Assembly: GCA_913061145.1 (NCBI GenBank)
Contig: CAJXUQ010000003.1
Span: 123,208 to 187,207, forward strand
From: an uncultured Haliea sp.
Lineage (GTDB): Bacteria; Pseudomonadota; Gammaproteobacteria; Pseudomonadales; Halieaceae
Direction of reading: 5' to 3'
Length of the DNA stretch: 64,000 bases
The translations under genes were made by a program, and so were the position numbers. Below the pieces are notes generated by a model. The model saw only the letters and a list, made by a program, of their open reading frames with translations, had not been told where the DNA came from and searched no databases. Of this stretch, positions 8,600 through 18,992 are shown in pieces (within the stretch, counting starts at the first letter, position 1; each line of letters opens with the position of its first letter).

Positions 8600-10510
8600 T
8601 CACAGCGTGGCGGGCTGATACCAGACAGGCGAGCTCCAGGCACGTTCCTGCACCACCGGCCGGTGTTCCGCTGCGCAGCACCCTTCGAAGCCTTCGCCAA
8701 TGGTCTCGGGACGACTGCAATCGACACCCCCGGCAACACACAGGCGCTGGCTCCAGCGACAGCTGGGATTCTCAATCACCCGGCTGTAATAAAAGGCGCG
8801 CTGAGCCGGGTCGAAATCCGGGTCGCGCCAGACCGTGCACAAGCTCGCATGCCCCGTACCCGTCGTAGCACAGCTGCGCGTGTCAACGCTGCCCCGGGGC
8901 TCGGCGTCACCCACGACATCATAAACCTGTTCGTGGCGCTCACCCGCGGCGTCAAGCCACCCCTTCACGACCTGGATCTTCTGCAGGGGCAACCCGGGTT
9001 CCGCGTCCACACCCGCATCCTGCTGGGCTGCCAGCAACAGCGTCAGGCCGGCGCCGGCCGGTGCGGGCCCAAGCTCCGAACCCATCGGCACGCCCTGCGC
9101 GTATCCCTGCGCCGCCATGTCGGGCGCGGCGCAAAGCGCCGGTTGTAGATCAAAGCCCGCAAACAGGCGGCTGATGATACGTGGACCGCTGGTGCCGTAG
9201 GCCTCACGACGTTGCATGGCGGCAAACAGTGCGTCCCGGGTGTTCTGTTCTGCCCAGATCACCGCCAGACCACCCGGGTTGTATTCCAGTTTATCGGGCA
9301 GTCCGGGAGGAACCGCCTTGAGGGCAGGCACGCCATCCCCTCCGTGCCCCAGAAAACGCGATTCCGAGACTGCGCCGGGGGCGCCGAGGTGGGTATCCGT
9401 ACTCGCAATCACGCCGAACTGGAAGGGATTGACTCCAAGCTGTTCCTCCTGGGACAGGCCCTGCTGCCAGGTATCGCGCAGGAAGCCGGTATCGGGCTGC
9501 GGCGGCGTGTTGAAGCGCGCGATATTGTCGCGCGGCAATTGCTCGAACGCACACAACTCGTCACGGGTGACGCCGGGGGCATAGAAACACTCGGACGCGC
9601 CCTTGTGCTGCATGATTTCAACCAGCGGTTCCATCCGTTGACGCTGCGCCGCGTAATCAGCGTCCAGCGGACTGCCATCAGGGCGCTGCAAGGCGAACAT
9701 CTGGCCGGCGCTGAGATTGGAGTTATGCGGAATCACCAGCGCTTCACAGCCGCTCCCGCTGTCATTACACTCGGTTTCCAGCGCATCCCAGAGCAGGGTT
9801 TCCCCGGGCGTATCGATGTAGCTCACTGGCAGCTCGGGCACCTCACCACTGCGAAAGACGACATTGCGATGCAGATTGCCGCCGGTCGGCGGTGCCACAC
9901 CGGTCCACTCGTAACCGATGAATGTAGTAAACGCGCAGGCGCTGCTGCGGTCATTGTAGCTCTCTGCCGCGTCGCGCATCTCCTGCCACGGTGCCAGGGC
10001 CGCCTCGCGACACAACTCGCCATCCTCGCCGCAGAGACCCAGGTGGGAGGCACGCATGGCGGCCATGTAATTGAACAGATAGAACGCGCCACGCGGCCAC
10101 GCCCGGTAGAAACGGCACTGCCAGCTGTTATGGCCGCTAACATCCGGGTTATTACACATCTCCACTTCGCCAATCAGTTCCGCGTGGTCAGACACCATGG
10201 CAAAATCCAGCGGCCGCGCCAGTTGCAGGGAACGTTGTGCGGTGCCGTCTGCATGCCAGGGTTGCACACCGATGCGCTCACCCCGTGCGAACTGGTAGGC
10301 TTCAGCAGGCGTGGTCTGCGTCCCCTGAGTGCTGGCATCCAGCGAGTAGCGGGTATGCACATGCAGGTCGCCAAAAAAAGGCCGCTTCTCGGGCGTAAAA
10401 TGGTCGCAGCGCTCGCCAGACTGCAGAGCGGAAAGCTGTGGACTGAGCCCAAGCAGGCCCACCACGGCCAAACCCTTTACAACACGACGCGCGATATGGA
10501 TGTGCAGCAC
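8600..10510 (-). CDS. DUF3604-like secreted PHP-type metallohydrolase of unknown function
   Basis: FFGDLHVHTRYSLDA, LDFAMVSDHAE, NLHRNVVF, IPHNSN, STDTH and ERAWSSPVWY motifs after a signal-like N-terminus. Start moved to GTG 10510 (AAGGGA SD) because the longer ORF begins at the csp terminator. Confidence 0.8.
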   Translation of the reverse strand: MLHIHIARRVVKGLAVVGLLGLSPQLSALQSGERCDHFTPEKRPFFGDLHVHTRYSLDASTQGTQTTPAEAYQFARGERIGVQPWHADGTAQRSLQLARPLDFAMVSDHAELIGEVEMCNNPDVSGHNSWQCRFYRAWPRGAFYLFNYMAAMRASHLGLCGEDGELCREAALAPWQEMRDAAESYNDRSSACAFTTFIGYEWTGVAPPTGGNLHRNVVFRSGEVPELPVSYIDTPGETLLWDALETECNDSGSGCEALVIPHNSNLSAGQMFALQRPDGSPLDADYAAQRQRMEPLVEIMQHKGASECFYAPGVTRDELCAFEQLPRDNIARFNTPPQPDTGFLRDTWQQGLSQEEQLGVNPFQFGVIASTDTHLGAPGAVSESRFLGHGGDGVPALKAVPPGLPDKLEYNPGGLAVIWAEQNTRDALFAAMQRREAYGTSGPRIISRLFAGFDLQPALCAAPDMAAQGYAQGVPMGSELGPAPAGAGLTLLLAAQQDAGVDAEPGLPLQKIQVVKGWLDAAGERHEQVYDVVGDAEPRGSVDTRSCATTGTGHASLCTVWRDPDFDPAQRAFYYSRVIENPSCRWSQRLCVAGGVDCSRPETIGEGFEGCCAAEHRPVVQERAWSSPVWYQPATL

Positions 10511-10615
10511 ACTGTAGTCCCTTTGCGTTAACCGGGCCTCACGATAGAGCCTGAACGGCAGGCGGGCAAACGCCCTGTGCGCAGAATTTGAACCGACGTT
10601 GTCGTTTTCAGCCAC

Positions 10616-10648
10616 AAAAAAACCCGCGACGTTGCCGGCGCGGGTTTT
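10616..10648 (-). terminator. Rho-independent terminator of the csp gene
   Basis: Minus strand AAAACCCGCG-loop-CGCGGGTTTTTTT directly downstream of the csp stop. Confidence 0.85.
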
Positions 10649-10667
10649 CTGCAGAACCGTGTCGGCG

Positions 10668-10868
10668 TTAGACGACGACGATGTTTTCTGCCTGCGGGCC
10701 TTTCTGGCCCTGAGTGATGTTGAATTCGACTTTCTGACCTTCGATCAGCGTCTTGAAGCCAGAGCCGGAGATTGCGCTGAAGTGCGCGAATACGTCCGGG
10801 CCAGATTCCTGCTCGATAAAGCCAAAGCCTTTCGTTTCGTTAAACCATTTTACGGTGCCGGTAGCCAT
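10668..10868 (-). CDS. cspA: Cold-shock protein (CspA family)
   Basis: [18 protein letters not shown] (RNP1) and DVFAHFSAI (RNP2), 66 aa. The exact paralog name is uncertain. Confidence 0.95.
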   Translation of the reverse strand: MATGTVKWFNETKGFGFIEQESGPDVFAHFSAISGSGFKTLIEGQKVEFNITQGQKGPQAENIVVV

Positions 10869-11019
10869 GATGCGTTCCTGTATTTCAGGTAGAGATTAAC
10901 CCTCGTGAGGGCGGTAAGGCTTGAGGTAGTGCAATTACTTATGAAAACAGGGACGAGGTACTAACTGCGGACTTCGAAATGGTATACATAAATAGGTGTA
11001 AAACGTTCAAGCAGAACCA

Positions 11020-11047
11020 AGTATACAGCAGTTGTTAACGCGGTCAA
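11020..11047 (-). promoter_or_regulatory. Sigma70-type promoter of csp with a long AT-rich 5' UTR
   Basis: Minus strand TTGACC (11047-11042), 16-nt spacer, TATACT (11025-11020). This implies a leader of about 145 nt, typical of csp mRNAs. Confidence 0.6.
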
Positions 11048-11051
11048 CGGT

Positions 11052-12125
11052 TTATTCCCGGTCGTCGGCAAGGCCATCTGTGTCGCTGCCCCTGTGCCGG
11101 GTGCGCCAGGCGCCAGGCGTTGCGCCCTCCCAGCGCAGGAAGGCACGGCGGAACGTGGCCGCATCGGCGAAACCCAGCTGCTGGGCAATATCGACGACCG
11201 GGCGGTCCGACTCCCGCAGCGCATCGCAGGCGGCGGCGCGTACCGCCTCGGCCCGCAGCTGGCGATAGCCCGTTCCCGCCGCCCGCAGTCGCTGCCGGAA
11301 CGTTGACAGACTCAACCCCAGGTCTTCCGCCAGGCGCGCCTGACCGGGCAGGGACACACCCTGACGCAGGGCGGCCGCAAGCAATGCACTGACCTGCTCA
11401 GCCAGTCCGCGCCCGCGCGGACCGAATACCTCGCAGGGAAAACAGGCAAAGAATGCGGGAAACTCGGCGGGGGTGCGGACCACAGGCATCGACAGCGCAG
11501 TGCGTGGAAAATCCAGTGCGTAGCCCTCCCCGCCCGCGAGCACCGGCGCCTTGAACAGGCGCAGAAACGGCAGTACGTCCTCCCGTCGTAACGGACCAAT
11601 TCGCACCCTTTGCAGCGGCAGGGTGCGCCCCGCCAGCCACTGCAGGAGCTGAAAATAGGCAAACAAGCCGGTGATATCCACCAGGCTACTGGCGCTGCTG
11701 ACCTGGGGGCGCAGTGAATCCAGTCGAAATGTGGCGTGTTCCGGGTGCAGTTCCAAGCCAATGCGTCCGGCACGCGGATACAGCAGGGCCGCGAATTGTG
11801 CGCAGAGCTGGATCGCCTCCTCGAGGTTGCGGGCGGACAACGCCAGGCGACACTGCAATTCGACTTCGCTGCGCGACATCGGGCCGTGGTTCTGCTCTTC
11901 GCTCAGGCGCTGCTCGAGGCGTTGCACGGCCGACAGGTACCAGGCGGTGAACTGCACGAGGTTGGTTGGGGGACGATGCTGTTCACGGGCATCACCTCCG
12001 CGCCGCAATTCGGCGGCCAGCAACGCCACCAGCGGCGCAAACGTATCACTGGTCAGGGCACCGGTACCCGCCTGAGAGGTGGGTATCGGTGCCGATCGGC
12101 TGGCGGTACGAGGTGGTCTGTTCAT
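11052..12125 (-). CDS. AraC family transcriptional regulator
   Basis: C-terminal double HTH: LAEDLGLSLSTFRQRL and IAQQLGFADAATFRRAFLRWEGATPGAWR. Confidence 0.9.
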   Translation of the reverse strand: MNRPPRTASRSAPIPTSQAGTGALTSDTFAPLVALLAAELRRGGDAREQHRPPTNLVQFTAWYLSAVQRLEQRLSEEQNHGPMSRSEVELQCRLALSARNLEEAIQLCAQFAALLYPRAGRIGLELHPEHATFRLDSLRPQVSSASSLVDITGLFAYFQLLQWLAGRTLPLQRVRIGPLRREDVLPFLRLFKAPVLAGGEGYALDFPRTALSMPVVRTPAEFPAFFACFPCEVFGPRGRGLAEQVSALLAAALRQGVSLPGQARLAEDLGLSLSTFRQRLRAAGTGYRQLRAEAVRAAACDALRESDRPVVDIAQQLGFADAATFRRAFLRWEGATPGAWRTRHRGSDTDGLADDRE

Positions 12126-12229
12126 GGCGTTTCCGGAGGGGGATCATGCCACTTAACATTAATGCATTATTTAAAGACAATAAAGCACCCTTGCGACGCG
12201 CAGTGATCGCGTAAGCTGCTGCTCACACT

Positions 12230-13723
12230 TTGATGACGGATGACAGTACCATGCCTGAAAAACAGCCTCGCATAATCGTCCTTGGTGCCGGTATGGCCGG
12301 GATACTCGCCGGGATTCGCCTGCAGCAAATGGACTACCGGAACGTCACGCTCTACGAAAAGGCAGACAGGGTGGGCGGCACCTGGCGCGAGAACACCTAC
12401 CCTGGCCTGACCTGCGATGTGCCCTCACACTTCTACACCTACAGCTTTGAGCGCAATCCGGACTGGACGAGACACCTGCCTCCAGGGCCGGAAATCCAGG
12501 CGTACTTTGAGCGCACGGCGCAGAAATACGGTATCAACGCGCTGACCCGCTTCGGTGAAGAATGTACCGAAGCCACCTACCGGGATGGTCGTTGGCACCT
12601 CCAGTTCGCCAGTGGTCATCGAGACAGCGCAGATATCCTGATTGCAGCCACCGGGGTTCTGCATCATCCCAAATACCCTGACATCTCCGGTGCCAGCACA
12701 TTCCAGGGCGCTCTCTTCCACAGCGCACGCTGGGATCACAGCGTGCCCCTTGAAGGCAGACGTATCGGCATCATCGGCAACGGCTCTACCGGCGTGCAGA
12801 TTGTCTCGGCGCTGGCCGGAAAAGCCGGCCTGCTGGAGCACTACCAGCGCACGCCGCAGTGGATCATGCCTGTTGAAAATGGACGTTTCAGCGCAGAGGA
12901 GCGCGCTGCATTTCGCGATCCCGCGGTGCTGGCCAAGGCGATGAATGTCGACGAGTACATGGCCTCCGTAGAGGCGTATACCCAGTCCATTACCGATATC
13001 GACTCAGAGGCCTCGCAAGCCATGGCACAGGCCTGTCGCGACAATCTCGAGCATTCCGTCGCCGACCCCGTGCTACGTGAACAACTGCGCCCCGACCACC
13101 TGCCGCTGTGCAAGCGCCTGGTGTTCTCCCCCGATTACTATCAGGCGATACAGCATCCACAATCCCGCCTGGTCAGCACCGGCATCCAACAGATTGAAGC
13201 CACCGGTATACGCACTGTCGATGGCGAACTGCACGAGCTGGACGTTATCGTTTTCGCTACCGGTTTCCACGCGGATGCCTTTATGCGGCCCATGGCCATC
13301 ACTGGACGCGACGGTGTGTCGCTGGCCGACTTCTGGCATGACCGCCCCAAGGCCTACCTGGCGGTCACCATGCCAGGCTTTCCCAATCTGTTTATGCTGA
13401 ACGGACCCAATGGTCCCGTGGGCAATTTTTCCCTGATCGACATCGCCGAGCACCAGTGGGGTTATATCGAGCGCCTGATGGCGCGGCTGGATGCCGGCGA
13501 CTGTACTGAAGTGGAGCCCAGCCTGGCGGCGATGGAGGCTTTCGAAACCGAACGGGTGGAGGCGGCGAAGCGCACGGTGTGGTATCGCGGCGGTTGCGTA
13601 AGCTGGTACCTGGACGCCGAGGGCATACCCTCCAGCTGGCCCTGGAATTTCCAGCGCTTCGTCGACAGTATGGCGGAGCCCGACTGGGTGGCCTTCGGCC
13701 TGCCGGCACCCCTGGAAACGTGA
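12230..13723 (+). CDS. Baeyer-Villiger-type flavin monooxygenase
   Basis: GAGMAG, GGTWRENTYPGLTCD, BVMO fingerprint FQGALFHSARW and second Rossmann motif GNGSTG. Confidence 0.9.
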   Translation: MMTDDSTMPEKQPRIIVLGAGMAGILAGIRLQQMDYRNVTLYEKADRVGGTWRENTYPGLTCDVPSHFYTYSFERNPDWTRHLPPGPEIQAYFERTAQKYGINALTRFGEECTEATYRDGRWHLQFASGHRDSADILIAATGVLHHPKYPDISGASTFQGALFHSARWDHSVPLEGRRIGIIGNGSTGVQIVSALAGKAGLLEHYQRTPQWIMPVENGRFSAEERAAFRDPAVLAKAMNVDEYMASVEAYTQSITDIDSEASQAMAQACRDNLEHSVADPVLREQLRPDHLPLCKRLVFSPDYYQAIQHPQSRLVSTGIQQIEATGIRTVDGELHELDVIVFATGFHADAFMRPMAITGRDGVSLADFWHDRPKAYLAVTMPGFPNLFMLNGPNGPVGNFSLIDIAEHQWGYIERLMARLDAGDCTEVEPSLAAMEAFETERVEAAKRTVWYRGGCVSWYLDAEGIPSSWPWNFQRFVDSMAEPDWVAFGLPAPLET

Positions 13724-13724
13724 T

Positions 13725-15185
13725 ATGAGTCGCTATCGGCAGGACTGGGAACCGCTGCTCACCGAACTTCGCGCGCGCAGCGAAGCGGCGACGGCCATGG
13801 GCGGTGAAGCACGTATCGCGCGACAGCACGCCCGCAATCGGCTCACGGCGCGGGAGCGCATTACGGCCCTGGTCGATGAAGACTCCTTCCGCGAATACGG
13901 CCTGCTCGCTGCCGGACATCACCCCCAGGGAGAACCGGCGATTGCTGCCGATGGACTCGTCGGCGGGGTGGCACGCCTGGACGGACGACCCGTGGTCCTG
14001 CTGGTGGAAGACTTTACGGTCCAGGGCGGCTCGATAGGCCACCCCAACGCCGCCAAGCGTGCGCGGCTGGTGCGCCTGGCACTCGAGAAGCGGCACCCGC
14101 TCCTGCTGCTCCTCGATGGTGCCGGCGAGCGGGCGAGCAACCAGGGAGAGCGCTATCCGCATGCGCCCGGCGATCTGCAGCTGCTGGCGGATATTCAGGG
14201 GACCATCCCGGTGGTGGCGCTGGTACTCGGCATGTCCGCCGGACACGGTGCGCTGGCCGCGATGTTTGCCGATATTGTCATCATGCAGCAGGACAGCGCC
14301 CTGTTCAGTGCAGGGCCACCGCTGGTCAAGGCCGCGATGGGTATCGACACCACCGCCGAGGAGCTCGGTTCCGCACACATGCACACACGTGACAGCGGTG
14401 TGGCTCACCTGTGCTGCGCCAACGAGGCTGAGTGTTTTGAGCGTGCCCGCCATTTCCTCCACATGGTCTGCGAGCCTGCTGCCGAAGCGGCAGCAGCTGG
14501 CGAGACCGCCGCCACAGGCGACAGCGATGCCCTGTTGGACATCATTCCCCCGGACGTCTCCCGCCCCTACGACATGCGCAAGGTGCTCGGTGAGCTGGTC
14601 GATCCGGGCAGCCTGCTGGAATTGCAGCCGGATTTCGGCCGCACGCTGATCACGGCGCTCGCCCGCATCGGTGACCAGCGCTGCCTGATTGTCGCCAACC
14701 AGCCGGCGGTTGAAGCCGGCGCGATCACCCGACACGCCGCAGAGAAAGCCTGCCACTTTATCGACATGGCGCACCGCTTCAGCCTGCCGCTGATCATGCT
14801 GGTCGACAACCCCGGCGTCATGCCCGGGCCAGCGGCTGAACGCTCTGGTGTATTGCGCGCCGCCGGGAACATGTTCAGTGCACAGCGACGCTTCCGCGGG
14901 CGCAAGATTGTGGTCACACTGCGCAAGGCCTTCGGCTTCGGCAGCTCGGTGATGGGCATGAACCCCTGGGACCGGCAAACGGTCAGCCTGGCACTGCCGG
15001 GGGTGAGTCTGGGCGGAGTGCCAGCCCTGGGGGCGGCGGCCGCCACAGGCGCCAGTGCCGTCGACGCCGCCGCACTGCGGGAGCGCCAGACAGGTGCCTG
15101 GGCCGGTGCCGACAATATGGCATTTGATCGCGTTATCGATCCCCGTCAGTTACGCGCCGAACTGATCCAGGCGCTGCTGGACTGA
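13725..15185 (+). CDS. Acyl-CoA carboxylase carboxyltransferase subunit (divergent)
   Basis: [42 protein letters not shown] and VTLRKAFG motifs of the PccB/AccD family. Confidence 0.85.
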   Translation: MSRYRQDWEPLLTELRARSEAATAMGGEARIARQHARNRLTARERITALVDEDSFREYGLLAAGHHPQGEPAIAADGLVGGVARLDGRPVVLLVEDFTVQGGSIGHPNAAKRARLVRLALEKRHPLLLLLDGAGERASNQGERYPHAPGDLQLLADIQGTIPVVALVLGMSAGHGALAAMFADIVIMQQDSALFSAGPPLVKAAMGIDTTAEELGSAHMHTRDSGVAHLCCANEAECFERARHFLHMVCEPAAEAAAAGETAATGDSDALLDIIPPDVSRPYDMRKVLGELVDPGSLLELQPDFGRTLITALARIGDQRCLIVANQPAVEAGAITRHAAEKACHFIDMAHRFSLPLIMLVDNPGVMPGPAAERSGVLRAAGNMFSAQRRFRGRKIVVTLRKAFGFGSSVMGMNPWDRQTVSLALPGVSLGGVPALGAAAATGASAVDAAALRERQTGAWAGADNMAFDRVIDPRQLRAELIQALLD

Positions 15186-15229
15186 TTCGACGGCAGGCAG
15201 AGGCACCCACCTGCGGTATACTGCCCGCA

Positions 15230-17035
<1,806 letters not shown>

Positions 17036-17115
17036 GCGGCGCCGGCCGGTCTGGCCCGCGCTTGCACCCTACCCCCCTTTTTCCTACTCTGGCGCCTTTT
17101 GCCGAGGACAGCGCC

Positions 17116-18300
17116 ATGAGCAGCAGAATTCCCCGTTCCAACGACAACGACTACAGTGCCGAGATCATCGCCCAGCGGCAGTCCTTCATCGAAGAAAAGA
17201 CGGGGGCGCAGCTGAATCACACGCGGCAGTATTCATTTGATCCGCAGGACATGTCTGGCAACATTGAAAACCTGTTTGGTGTGGCCCAGGTACCCATCGG
17301 CCTCGCGGGGCCCCTGTTGATCGACGGCGAGCACGCCCAGGGGGAGTTCTATGTCCCGATGGCCACTGTGGAGGGTACCATGCTGGCCAGCTACAACCGG
17401 GGTATGAAAGTCATCCGTGAAAGCGGTGGTGTCAAGACCACGGTCTGCGGCGAGGCGATGCAGCGCGCGCCCTGCTTCGTGTTCCGCGATGCCCGCGACG
17501 CGCGGGATTTCAACCTCTGGCTGGATGAGCACTTTACCGCCATCAAAGCCGTTGCGGAAAGCACCACCTCCGTCGGCAAGCTCAACGAGATTGAACACTA
17601 CATTGCACACAACATGGTCTTCACCCGGTTTGACTACAGTACGGGTGATGCAGCGGGCCAAAACATGACCAGCAAGGCCACCTTTGTCGCCTGTGAGTGG
17701 ATACGCGAGCGCTTTCCGCAAATGCGTCACTACCTGCTCTCCGGCAATTTCGACACCGAGAAGCGCACCTCGTCAGTGAACTCCCTGAAGGGGCGCGGCC
17801 GCCGCGTGACCGCTGAAATCACCGTACCCCGCGATGTGCTGCAATCGCATCTGCGTATCACACCCGAGGCGATGCACTATGGTTGGGGCATTACCACCGT
17901 CGCTTCCTTTCTCACTCACTCTTCCAATAACGCTGCACACCCGGCCAACGGACTCGCCGCACTGTATCTGGCAACCGGGCAGGATATCGCCAACATCGGC
18001 GAGTCCAACCAGTGCAGCGTGTACACCCGCGTCACCCGCGAGGGGGATTACTTCTTCTCCATCACCCTGCCGGCACTGATTCTCGCCACCTACGGGGGCG
18101 GCACCAACCTGCCCACACAGCGTGAATGCCTGGAGATCATGGGCTGTCATGGCCAGGGCAAGGCCCTGAAGCTGGCGGAAATTGCCGCGGGACTGGTGGT
18201 CGCGGGAGAGCTGTCCCTGGGCGCAGCCACGCGGGTGGACAAGGAAACCCGGCAGAATGAGTGGGTGAACGCACACGAGCGACTGGGGCGCAATCGCTGA
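17116..18300 (+). CDS. Hydroxymethylglutaryl-CoA reductase, class I (archaeal/eukaryotic type)
   Basis: GNIENLFG, VPMATVEG, TGDAAGQNM, GNFDTEKR, TGQDIA, YGGGT and C-terminal HERLGR. GAGGA SD precedes ATG 17116. Confidence 0.88.
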   Translation: MSSRIPRSNDNDYSAEIIAQRQSFIEEKTGAQLNHTRQYSFDPQDMSGNIENLFGVAQVPIGLAGPLLIDGEHAQGEFYVPMATVEGTMLASYNRGMKVIRESGGVKTTVCGEAMQRAPCFVFRDARDARDFNLWLDEHFTAIKAVAESTTSVGKLNEIEHYIAHNMVFTRFDYSTGDAAGQNMTSKATFVACEWIRERFPQMRHYLLSGNFDTEKRTSSVNSLKGRGRRVTAEITVPRDVLQSHLRITPEAMHYGWGITTVASFLTHSSNNAAHPANGLAALYLATGQDIANIGESNQCSVYTRVTREGDYFFSITLPALILATYGGGTNLPTQRECLEIMGCHGQGKALKLAEIAAGLVVAGELSLGAATRVDKETRQNEWVNAHERLGRNR

Positions 18301-18321
18301 CCGGCGCGACCATCCCCGTGA

Positions 18322-18340
18322 GCGGGCCCGATGGGCCCGC
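18322..18340. terminator. GC hairpin after HMG-CoA reductase
   Basis: gcgggccc-gat-gggcccgc is a perfect 8-bp stem with no U-tract. Confidence 0.35.
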
Positions 18341-18493
18341 AGCGCTATCGAATAGTTGAACCAGAAACTCTCTCCTGACAACGCCCGGGCCCACTGGCTT
18401 GAAATGCTGTACCAGCGCTGTGGCGCCACAGGCGGGGCGCACTATGATGAAGTCAGTGACGCCAACCGGCGCGCGCCCCGACGAGACCACCGC

Positions 18494-18916
18494 ATGACCA
18501 CAGAGACCGATAACAAAGCCCGCGTGCGCCAGTTTCTCAGCGACCTGAGTGCCGGCAATGTCGATGCCGTCGTTGCGGCCTACGCCAAGAACGGGAGCGT
18601 GGAAACCATGGGCGCCACCCTGATCTCCGGCGTCACCGAGTGCGCCGACCTGCGGCCGGCGATCGCCAGCATCATGGATGTGTTTCCAGACGGCCTGACG
18701 TTCACCATTCGCGGCATGGTGGCGGAGGGTGAAAAGGTGGCCGTGGAGGCCTCCAGCGAAGGCGAACACATCTCCGGCCAGACCTACAGCAACGATTACC
18801 ATTTCCTGTTCGAGTTCGACAAGGGACAGCTGGTCAAGCTCACCGAATATATGGATACCGAGCAGGTCACTGACGTACTCTGCGGCGGACAACGGCCGCC
18901 CTACCCCCTCGACTGA
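18494..18916 (+). CDS. NTF2-like / ketosteroid-isomerase-like protein
   Basis: NKARVRQFLSDLSAGNVDAVV, VAEGEKVAVE and YSNDYHFLFEFDKGQLVKLTEYMDT patterns. Confidence 0.8.
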   Translation: MTTETDNKARVRQFLSDLSAGNVDAVVAAYAKNGSVETMGATLISGVTECADLRPAIASIMDVFPDGLTFTIRGMVAEGEKVAVEASSEGEHISGQTYSNDYHFLFEFDKGQLVKLTEYMDTEQVTDVLCGGQRPPYPLD

Positions 18917-18992
18917 GCGCCGCGCCTGCACCCACTGTTTGTGTCCAGCGGAAGGGCGATTTACACTGGGCTTTTAGGGAGTCGCCGCCAGC

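Noticed and set aside
10511-10615. N-terminal extension of the DUF3604 ORF in the ORF track
   Set aside because: It begins at the U-tract of the csp terminator. An SD-preceded GTG at 10510 gives a proper signal-peptide-like start.
13392-14978. 528-aa minus-strand ORF (similar cases at 20606-22045, 26937-28253, 6717-7931, 9212-10531, 36291-37436)
   Set aside because: These are antisense or alternate-frame shadows of clearly identified genes. Long stop-free shadow frames are expected at this GC content, and they show no family motifs.
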